Part shown: positions 55,549 to 63,094 of the stretch, piece after piece
How positions within the stretch are numbered: the first letter of the stretch is position 1
How the letters are laid out: every line of letters starts with the position of its first letter
Sequence record: DRR723986_11044
Length of the DNA stretch: 63,094 nucleotides
Direction: 5' to 3' (one strand)
Position numbers and translations under genes: made by a program
Notes under the pieces: model-generated
What the model saw: only the letters and a program-made list of their open reading frames with translations
The model's database searches: none
Told to the model about the DNA's origin: nothing

Positions 55549-56772
55549 CTAAATTTTAACCCTCACATTCCCTGTCATCAACTTCTGCATCATCCCCTTT
55601 TTCTGCTCCCGCAACTTTTCCGCCTTGGTCTTAAGCAGGTTGATTTCAAAATCTGCTGTTTGGAGAACTTTAGCTATAGCGCACTGTTCCTCAAAAATTG
55701 GATTTGGAATCTTTACCATACAAAAATCATCATAGCTAATTTGCTTCCCATCTCGAATCCCAATTACAGCCGTAGCTAATCGTCCAATAAATTCAATACT
55801 TTTAAAATATTGCTTATAGAACTCGTCATTGATTTTCTCACTAGGTTTTAAGATCGTGTATGCTGGACTTACCAATCCCCTATAATTTGAATATTCCAAT
55901 CCTCCTTGAAAAGATCGAAGACTAATTACAAAATCCCCAACCTCAACAAGTTTAAAACCTTCTGTACCGCTTGATGGCATTGTAACCCGACCTTCCAACA
56001 TGGATCGCGGAATCATTCCCCTATCTTGGTTTGCAGAAAGTAATTCTTCATTTGCAAATCCTTTCTTAGTAAAACTTTCAAAAACTTTACCAGCACTTTC
56101 TTTCTTCCACTCCCCACTAAAACCTTTCAATCGTTTCTTTCCAGTAAGCAAATTCTGCATCAGCCATTTTTTGCGGAGTACTTTCTGAGTGATTAGGATT
56201 TGTGTGATCTGGATCGCCTGATCAATCGTGCCAAGCACTTCAGCAATGGCACGCTGCTCTTGGAGCGGTGGAAGGAGAATTTTCACTTGTTCTAGATCCT
56301 TTTGACCTATATTAGATCTTACTGCCCCTTGACCACTCTTAATTATCTGACTTCTAACATATTCTGACCGGAAACAATATTTCTTATAATAATCATCAAG
56401 ATCGCCACTTATAGGCCTACCTCTAATCACAAAACCACCAAAAGCGACATCTTCTTCTCCCAAATAGACTGAAGAAAAACCAATTTCATTTGTAACTTCA
56501 GAAGTCCTGTTAAATAAAACATCACCAAAGTTTACAGAGTATATAAGCTTTTGATCTTCGGAAATCTGTACTGAACCAGGTATTTTGGAATATGTAAGGG
56601 AAGAATTATTAATCACTTCCATCACGTTAATAAATTTCACACCATCTCCGTAACTTTCCTTTCCAGCATTAATCCCATTTTTAAGTGAGAAAAGCGACCC
56701 TATAGTTTCGGTTTTCCAACCGTTTGGAACCTCAAACTCCAAACCTGCTTTTTTTACTTTATCGCTCACCAT
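55549..56772 (-). CDS. hsdS: Type I RM specificity subunit
   Basis: Two TRDs separated by PPLQEQRAIA...LMQNLLTG and P.FEEQCAIA...MMQKLMTG. Confidence 0.93.
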   Translation of the reverse strand: MVSDKVKKAGLEFEVPNGWKTETIGSLFSLKNGINAGKESYGDGVKFINVMEVINNSSLTYSKIPGSVQISEDQKLIYSVNFGDVLFNRTSEVTNEIGFSSVYLGEEDVAFGGFVIRGRPISGDLDDYYKKYCFRSEYVRSQIIKSGQGAVRSNIGQKDLEQVKILLPPLQEQRAIAEVLGTIDQAIQITQILITQKVLRKKWLMQNLLTGKKRLKGFSGEWKKESAGKVFESFTKKGFANEELLSANQDRGMIPRSMLEGRVTMPSSGTEGFKLVEVGDFVISLRSFQGGLEYSNYRGLVSPAYTILKPSEKINDEFYKQYFKSIEFIGRLATAVIGIRDGKQISYDDFCMVKIPNPIFEEQCAIAKVLQTADFEINLLKTKAEKLREQKKGMMQKLMTGNVRVKI

Positions 56773-58010
56773 CAGTTACCATAATGCTTTAAGTAGTCCT
56801 TATTAATTTTATCAAATAGCATCTGGATCACTCTTTCCATTTCACGCATAGACAACTGGCTCTCCAGCTGAAATACTTCTTTGTCCACATAGATCACCCA
56901 AGCGGAAACTAAATCCATTTGATCTTCCAGTTCAAAAAATTGCTTCTTAATAATAATGCTAGTTTGCGCTCCCCAGATCTGATGGTCACCCCTTACTTCC
57001 CTAACTAGGTGGTATTTGATTCCTGATTCAAAATCATCTGCTCCATATTGCTCAATATGATCTTTAAAAAAGTTCATGCCCGTGGACAAATCAACATTTT
57101 CTAAATTCTTTCTTTTTGTAAAAAAAGTGTAATTGATGTCTTGCTCCCGGATTCCATAGGCTTCAATCAAACGAGTCTCCAACATCACCAAAACAGATTC
57201 CAGGTCCTCATGAATCCACTTTTTCGCCGTATTGTCTCTTGTCTCAGGTAAATAAAGATCACCTTTTACCTTAAAACTCCCATCAGGTAAAAGCCAACAT
57301 TCCAACCATTCAGGACCATCATCGGAATTCAGCTTTTTACCTATAGTCTTTCTTTCTTCTTCATACACTCTTTCCCAATAATCCCATTCCTCCGCCGGTA
57401 CCTCAATCAATGCAATCTCCCGATAAGGCATATCCAAATATTCCGATAAATTCTCATTGATTCGAATGATATCGTCCACTTTCAGGTAATTGAGGCAATC
57501 CCCACTTGAAATTATATTTTCAATTTCAGTGAGTTCTTGTAAAATATATGACTCAAGCTTTTCATCAGGAAAGGCAGAAATTTGTTCCAAAAAAATCCTC
57601 CCATCTTCAACGAGATTTTCCTCAAGTGAATTAAGATCAGGATTCTGTTTATGTTGAAATAAACGATTCTCTTCTAATTCCGATCCTAAAAAATAGAATT
57701 TCAGTAACTCTAAATCTGAAGGTTTTAGCGTATGAACAAAGTCCTTAATAATTTTTCTAACTGGAATCAATTCATCAACAGGAAAATCCCCAAAATCAAC
57801 AACCCGTCTAAAAATATTCGCAGCCATATTGGAAATCATTGGAAACTTCACACCATCCTCTACATACCAATCAACGATAAGTCGGCGAAATAAGGGCACC
57901 AAAATCAATCTGGCCTGTTTGTTAATCGCAAATGTCCATGCCTCTCTCATTGGCACTTGATGGGGAGTCCGAACCCCAGACTTGAGTCTAATATGGTGAA
58001 ATTGGCTCAT
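56772..58010 (-). CDS. Hypothetical acidic protein inserted between hsdM and hsdS
   Basis: 412-aa ORF abutting both neighbours; no motif recognised. Confidence 0.7.
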   Translation of the reverse strand: MSQFHHIRLKSGVRTPHQVPMREAWTFAINKQARLILVPLFRRLIVDWYVEDGVKFPMISNMAANIFRRVVDFGDFPVDELIPVRKIIKDFVHTLKPSDLELLKFYFLGSELEENRLFQHKQNPDLNSLEENLVEDGRIFLEQISAFPDEKLESYILQELTEIENIISSGDCLNYLKVDDIIRINENLSEYLDMPYREIALIEVPAEEWDYWERVYEEERKTIGKKLNSDDGPEWLECWLLPDGSFKVKGDLYLPETRDNTAKKWIHEDLESVLVMLETRLIEAYGIREQDINYTFFTKRKNLENVDLSTGMNFFKDHIEQYGADDFESGIKYHLVREVRGDHQIWGAQTSIIIKKQFFELEDQMDLVSAWVIYVDKEVFQLESQLSMREMERVIQMLFDKINKDYLKHYGN

Positions 58011-58013
58011 CCT

Positions 58014-59585
58014 TTATCCTTTTAGCAACTCATTGAGGTATTCGTCCATCTTAGCCTGAACAATCTTCAGTTCTCCTTCCAACTTTTTAATCTCCTGCTG
58101 GACTGCCTGGATATCAACTTCAGGTTCCTCCTCAAAGGTGTCCACATATCGTGGAATATTCAGGTTAAAGTCATTCTCCTTGATCTCCTCAAATGTGGCG
58201 ACATAGCTGAATTTATCCTCTACCACACCAGGCTGGGATTTACCTTCATTAAAATTCCGGTAGGTATCTACAATATGCTTGATATCCGAATCCCGAAGCT
58301 TATTTTGATTTTTGGCAGCAGCATAATGTTGAGAAGCATCTATGAATAAGACGCTCTTACCCTGCTTTTTATCCCGGTTGAAAATCAGGATTGCTGCTGG
58401 AATACCCGTTCCAAAAAATAAGTTTGCAGGAAGACCGATCACTGCTTCCAGCAGATTCTCCTCAATGGTTTTCTGTCTTATACGTCCTTCAGAACTGCCT
58501 CGAAAAAGTACTCCATGAGGAACAACCACTCCAACCTTCCCCTTTCCCTCATAGGTCGTTTCGATCATATGGGTGATAAATGCCCAATCGCCTTTACTTT
58601 TTGGTGGCACCCCTCTCCAAAAACGATTATATAGATCCGTTTCAGGATCCCAAGTTACCGTAGTTATTTCTCCATCTTTATCCTCGATTTTCCCCCATTT
58701 ATCCAAGGAGAAAGGTGGATTAGCAACCACAGTATCAAACTTCATCAGAGAATCTCCTTCTTTCAGTTTAGGATTCCGTATGGTGTCTCCCCATCTGATG
58801 GTAGCATTATCAAATCCGTGCAAAAACATATTCATTACCGCCAAAGCCCAGGTACTACCATTAGCTTCCTGACCATAGAGCGAGAAATTAGACGAACCAA
58901 CCTCCTGACCTGCCTTGATCAGCAAGGATCCAGATCCACATGTAGGATCACATATCCTTGAACCTGGAGCTGATTTAGTCAACTTAGCCAACAAAGTCGA
59001 GACTTCACTTGGTGTAAAGAACTCACCCGCCTTCTTTCCTGCATCGGAAGCAAAGTTGGAAATCAAGTACTCATAAGCTCCCCCAATGATATCTACCCCA
59101 GAAAGATGAGATGGCCTCAAATCCAACTCAGGCTTATTGAAGTCCAAAAGTAGATTTTTGAGTCGGTTGTTTTTATCCTTTGGCTCTCCCAATACACTGC
59201 TATTGAAGCTGATATTTTTAAAAATCCCTGCTCCATCTTCACTATACAGCTTTTGGCGATTGGCTTCTTCCAGGTCCACAAGGGCAATATCTATCAACTC
59301 TCCAATATTTACCGCATTTCTGTTGGCATACAAATACTTAAAATGGCTATGCTCTGGAACAATAAATCGCTCGTGACGCATGGCTCGCTTTGCACGCTCT
59401 TGGTCTCCGTGATATTTTTTTAAGTATTCCTCTTCTGTGTCATCATTCACATCACTCAGGTATTTGACAAAAAGCATGGTCAACACATAATCCTTATAGA
59501 CACTGGGGTCAATGCTTCCACGGAACGTATCACAGGCTCTCCAGACCGCGTCGTTGATGTCTTTTTGCGTTATTATTTTACTCAT
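58014..59585 (-). CDS. hsdM: Type I RM methyltransferase subunit
   Basis: GEFFTP, DPTCGSGSLL, NPPFS, PHGVLFRG, NLNIPRYV. Confidence 0.96.
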   Translation of the reverse strand: MSKIITQKDINDAVWRACDTFRGSIDPSVYKDYVLTMLFVKYLSDVNDDTEEEYLKKYHGDQERAKRAMRHERFIVPEHSHFKYLYANRNAVNIGELIDIALVDLEEANRQKLYSEDGAGIFKNISFNSSVLGEPKDKNNRLKNLLLDFNKPELDLRPSHLSGVDIIGGAYEYLISNFASDAGKKAGEFFTPSEVSTLLAKLTKSAPGSRICDPTCGSGSLLIKAGQEVGSSNFSLYGQEANGSTWALAVMNMFLHGFDNATIRWGDTIRNPKLKEGDSLMKFDTVVANPPFSLDKWGKIEDKDGEITTVTWDPETDLYNRFWRGVPPKSKGDWAFITHMIETTYEGKGKVGVVVPHGVLFRGSSEGRIRQKTIEENLLEAVIGLPANLFFGTGIPAAILIFNRDKKQGKSVLFIDASQHYAAAKNQNKLRDSDIKHIVDTYRNFNEGKSQPGVVEDKFSYVATFEEIKENDFNLNIPRYVDTFEEEPEVDIQAVQQEIKKLEGELKIVQAKMDEYLNELLKG

Positions 59586-60144
59586 ATTGCTGTATAATAG
59601 TATTTAAATCCTGCTCAAAACTCAGCTTCTTTAATCGCTCTATCTTTGAAACCAGATCATTTTCTTCTTTTTTTAATTTACTTAATGCGACCAACTTTTG
59701 CTGGATTCCCCTTGGAATCATCACAACTTCAAATTCCTCCAATTGCTTTTTACTTATTGAGGGAATCGAAGTCCCTTTAGCGACTCCTTTCAAATATTCC
59801 TGACTATGCCTCGAGTTAAGAATCAAGGTAACATACTCAGGATCCACCGTTTTCTCCCAAATAGAAATAATCAAAAATGATGTGGAAGCTATCGCAGGCA
59901 AGTTCCGTGATTCATAGACAGCTGCAAAGTTCTTCAATCCTTTTGCTGAAAATAAGATATCTCCAGGCTTCAATACATGTTTCTCCGAAATATCCTGCCA
60001 TTGAACGTCTGGGAAAAGCTCGGAGTCAAGCTCGCCATCAGCATTGAAATGCTTAGCTTGCAAGTAAACCAAATCACCTTGAGCCTGGGGTTTTAGAAAA
60101 ACACCGGATTTTATGGACGCTATATTTTTGAGTGCTTTTTTCAA
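59578..60144 (-). CDS. Single-TRD (half-size) HsdS-like protein
   Basis: LKNIASIKSG, LKPGDILF, GTSIPSISKK.L, P...QQK; TTG start; overlaps hsdM. Confidence 0.8.
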   Translation of the reverse strand: MKKALKNIASIKSGVFLKPQAQGDLVYLQAKHFNADGELDSELFPDVQWQDISEKHVLKPGDILFSAKGLKNFAAVYESRNLPAIASTSFLIISIWEKTVDPEYVTLILNSRHSQEYLKGVAKGTSIPSISKKQLEEFEVVMIPRGIQQKLVALSKLKKEENDLVSKIERLKKLSFEQDLNTIIQQYE

Positions 60145-60583
60145 TTTTATTTCTTAGTACATCAATTACGATTTTACATAGTTAAGGAGAAATTCTTAAA
60201 AAAAACACAAAATGGAAAATTTATTTTTAAGTACGCGTATTACTAAAAAATGAAATTAAAATTCTAAACGAGTATTTGATTAAAACTAAAAATTATGGTC
60301 AATAGAAAGTAAAAGTCCACCAATACGTCTTATTGATCTGTTTGGTATTCTGCAAATCAAATAACCCTCATGTTTATCCGAAAAAAGAACTGCCTTCACA
60401 TCCTCCACGGAGGCTATTCTAGAATTAGTTGGTATCAGCTCCTTGATCACTAGATCCAGATCACCAGCTATTTCTTTGGTGTGTTTTATTTTTTTCTATA
60501 TGAATGACCTCTACTAGTTTATAATTCAAGCCAGTGAGCCAACAATCATTTGCTTCAAAATCCAGTTTAATATAAACCGAAAG

Positions 60584-61027
60584 CTACTTCTCTGCTTCTG
60601 AATACTTTGCTCGGCCTACTAAGGGTTCGGAAATGATGAAATCAACAGAATCACCACTTTTGTAACTGGATGCTTTACATGAAAAACATAAAAATGATAT
60701 GGTTTGCCCTGATTCCATTTTGACAATCACATTATATGCATCTTCTCTATAATGAGTAAATGAAGACATCATACTAGGATGATCAGAAAACATTGACGGC
60801 GGCCCCACCCATTCACCCTCAGAAAAAGAATATCCAACTACAGTTCCTTTTGCAGTGTATGAATTACCCAGTAATTCATTTGTAATAATTACAACTAGAA
60901 CAATAATAGGGAAAAGGATGAAAACCCTGAAAAACGAAATATTTAATGACCTTGTTTCTGAATCAATCAATGCGATTTCCCTATCTCTTCTATCCTCCCA
61001 ATCAGAATAACCATTTAAATACCTCAT
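60584..61027 (-). CDS. Hypothetical single-TM protein
   Basis: 147-aa ORF with one hydrophobic segment and a beta-rich C-terminus. Confidence 0.55.
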   Translation of the reverse strand: MRYLNGYSDWEDRRDREIALIDSETRSLNISFFRVFILFPIIVLVVIITNELLGNSYTAKGTVVGYSFSEGEWVGPPSMFSDHPSMMSSFTHYREDAYNVIVKMESGQTISFLCFSCKASSYKSGDSVDFIISEPLVGRAKYSEAEK

Positions 61028-61333
61028 TATTAATTATCTATACCCATATAAATATAAGATAGTTTTTGAGAAGTGACCGTTAACACTTTACTAATTCAAC
61101 AAACTCAGTCTCAAATTCCGGGATGACTTGGTCGGGGAAATTTATTAGCTTTTTAATTTAAACACCAAGATAAAAGAGGCATTGCCACGAAGATTATGGC
61201 GAACACACAGCCCTTCCCTTATTTTTCAAAATCACTGAGACAGTTTAGTTCAAAAAGAATTTAAAACAAGGCAGAACCAAATTATTCACTCAAAGTCATT
61301 CGATATTGTGATAAGAATCATTTCAAATATCGC

Positions 61334-61582
61334 ATGTACAACTGGGCAGAAATATGTAGTGAATTAAAAGGGATCGAGAAGCGTGTGGAAATAAAAGTAA
61401 GCTTGATTATAAGCACAAATCCAGATCCATTCCCTTTTGATCGCCTTAAAAAGGCGCATGAAATTGCATCTCTTTCCAGGGCCATCCGAGGATTTATTGA
61501 GCAGGATAATGAAAAGGATGGTTCTATTCTCCTACAAATGCTTCTGGAAAAGGGAGTAAAACTAAAGTCGGTAAGGGAATAG
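61334..61582 (+). CDS. Hypothetical protein
   Basis: 82-aa ATG ORF filling an otherwise empty gap; no family recognised. Confidence 0.55.
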   Translation: MYNWAEICSELKGIEKRVEIKVSLIISTNPDPFPFDRLKKAHEIASLSRAIRGFIEQDNEKDGSILLQMLLEKGVKLKSVRE

Positions 61583-61700
61583 AGCGAAAAAAATCATATA
61601 ACCGCTTGCACTACGACTACAGAATAAATCAGCATTTGGTAGACGAACTAATGCTTCCTCTATATTATTTGACATATTTGTACGAGAATAGATTAAACAC

Positions 61701-62000
61701 ATGAGAAAATTAATCGTCCATTTTATACAAAAGGATTCCAAGAGTAAAGATTCAATTCTTATCCTGAAGATCGGGGGAGTCAACAACACAGGTCAGCGGT
61801 GGGCGATCAGTACCAAAGAGGCTATTGAAGGGATACGATCCGGAAATTGGGAGTTGTTTGTTTTAGCAAACACCAATGAGATCCCGGTGCGAATCAAAGA
61901 GACCGAAGACACACCTCCGATATTATTTGCCCAGGGAGACGGTTACCTCCACAACATTCTGGAGGATCTACCGGAAATCAATTGGGAGGAAATTCTTTAA
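61701..62000 (+). CDS. DUF3892-like small protein
   Basis: IGG.N..G.RW......AIEGIRSG...FV and C-terminal NILEDLPE pattern. Confidence 0.7.
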   Translation: MRKLIVHFIQKDSKSKDSILILKIGGVNNTGQRWAISTKEAIEGIRSGNWELFVLANTNEIPVRIKETEDTPPILFAQGDGYLHNILEDLPEINWEEIL

Positions 62001-62143
62001 TCTGATAATCCGGAATAATGCCAGATTCCATATTTCCTTACCTAACCCTAGGTAATACAGAGTACAGGATAAAGAAGAGGCATTGCCGCAAATAGTATCC
62101 GAATAGGTGCAATTGGATGTAGCTATCAATAGTTACTGGGCAC

Positions 62144-63094
62144 TTAGCCAATAATTCTTAATTTTCCCTCTGTATGTTCCAAAAAGGCATTGCTTTGTTC
62201 CAACAGTGCCTGCATTTTGTCCATGTCCTCGCTTACAATCGTGGCGCTAAATTCATGGGTACGGGCAAGCATTCGAATATAGGGCTTAGGATCACTTTGT
62301 CTGGTTAATTTTCTTAAGGCTCCCAAATAATCCTCCCTATATACTGTTGGTATTATTATTTTGGATTGCATTGCTTTTGTTAGCTCAGCATTCATCATTA
62401 CCCTGGCCACACGCCCGTTTCCATCCAAAAACGGATGAATTTCGCTGATAACGAACATAATATAGGCTGCCTTCGCAAATGGGTGCTTTAGTGCTTGGTA
62501 AAAGTCAAAACTTTTGATCAGCGTTCCCCTTACAAGTGAAGAATCAACAAATTCAGTTTGACCGGCATAATTATTAATATGCTTAAAACTTCCGGGATTC
62601 TTATCTGCCCTAGCAGATAACAATAGCTGGTGTCTATAACTCAATATGGTAAGTAATTCCTCCGGTGAATTGGGAGTAGTAATCATTTCGCTCTTATTTG
62701 AGACAATTTTGTAGGTCCCCAAAACGTCATGCGAATCTTCATTTCTCTTTACAAGTGGTTGTTGGGTCTGGATAATTTGCTTTGCTTCCGCCACTTCGAA
62801 GACGGTACCCTCAATGTAATTAGAAAAATAACTTTCAAAAAATGCAAAATTCCTGTACGACTTGTTACTGAGGTTTTGCTCTTCCCTGTATTTGAATTCC
62901 TGTTGGACCAATTCCTGAAACAACATTTCGACTAAACTAATCCTGGCAGGATCATAAGGATTACCAAATGCACGTGCGGCGGCTACCGGAGATTTTAATA
63001 TAGTTGCCGGATGGGTTGTCAGTAGTGCGCTGATTATCTTGTTTAGTTTATCAAACTCGGTTAGCATATTTAATTCCTTTGCTAGGATCCTAGC
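62144..63094 (-). CDS. Fic family protein (5' end beyond the window)
   Basis: HPFLDGNGRVAR Fic motif; SNYIEG; the frame stays open to the last base. Confidence 0.9.
   Translation of the reverse strand, partial: ARILAKELNMLTEFDKLNKIISALLTTHPATILKSPVAAARAFGNPYDPARISLVEMLFQELVQQEFKYREEQNLSNKSYRNFAFFESYFSNYIEGTVFEVAEAKQIIQTQQPLVKRNEDSHDVLGTYKIVSNKSEMITTPNSPEELLTILSYRHQLLLSARADKNPGSFKHINNYAGQTEFVDSSLVRGTLIKSFDFYQALKHPFAKAAYIMFVISEIHPFLDGNGRVARVMMNAELTKAMQSKIIIPTVYREDYLGALRKLTRQSDPKPYIRMLARTHEFSATIVSEDMDKMQALLEQSNAFLEHTEGKLRIIG

Noticed and set aside
60300-60570. Possible pseudogene fragment upstream of the half-size hsdS
   Set aside because: Short open stretches only; no identifiable parent gene.
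853-62935. Numerous 60-170 aa ORFs antisense to or nested in long genes (e.g. 3562-4038, 16352-16774, 49668-50171)
   Set aside because: They overlap well-supported genes, lack recognisable motifs and read as shadow frames.
1-63094. CRISPR array, cas genes, tRNA/rRNA, integrase or transposase
   Set aside because: None recognised by eye; short or degenerate copies could have been missed without tools.

Overview
Accessory island from an AT-rich Bacteroidota genome (SusC/SusD, RteC, MobA/B/C and TAnnTTTG promoters; Cyclobacteriaceae-like by my impression only). It has four blocks. (1) 1-18.1 kb: heavy-metal resistance, with a copper operon on + (DUF305, multicopper oxidase, P1B ATPase, DUF3347, CusB-like adaptor) converging on a Czc-type operon on - (RND pump fused to a TolC-like domain, adaptor, P1B-4 ATPase, CDF). 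(2) 18.3-24.8 kb: a mobilisation module (mobC-mobB-mobA, candidate oriT, two rteC); no tra or integrase genes lie in the window. (3) 24.8-35.2 kb: an unusual module. A Crp/Fnr-like regulator is fused in frame to a motif-complete class I terpene synthase. It sits next to a MauE/DoxX protein, a small secreted Cys-pair peptide, a SusC/SusD pair with no glycan enzymes, a CxxS thioredoxin-like protein, an XRE regulator and two structured RNA leaders. (4) 35.3-63 kb: a defence island with an N6-MTase plus separate nuclease-like gene, a TIR-TIR-caspase operon (type IV Thoeris-like), HEPN-like genes, and a type I RM operon carrying internal cargo, including a DUF3800 gene pair followed by a candidate convergent small RNA; a Fic gene is cut by the window end. 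Best candidates for undescribed biology: the Crp-terpene synthase fusion with its peptide/SusCD module, and the DUF3800 pair plus sRNA. All family calls come from motif recognition by eye; no database searches or folding programs were run.
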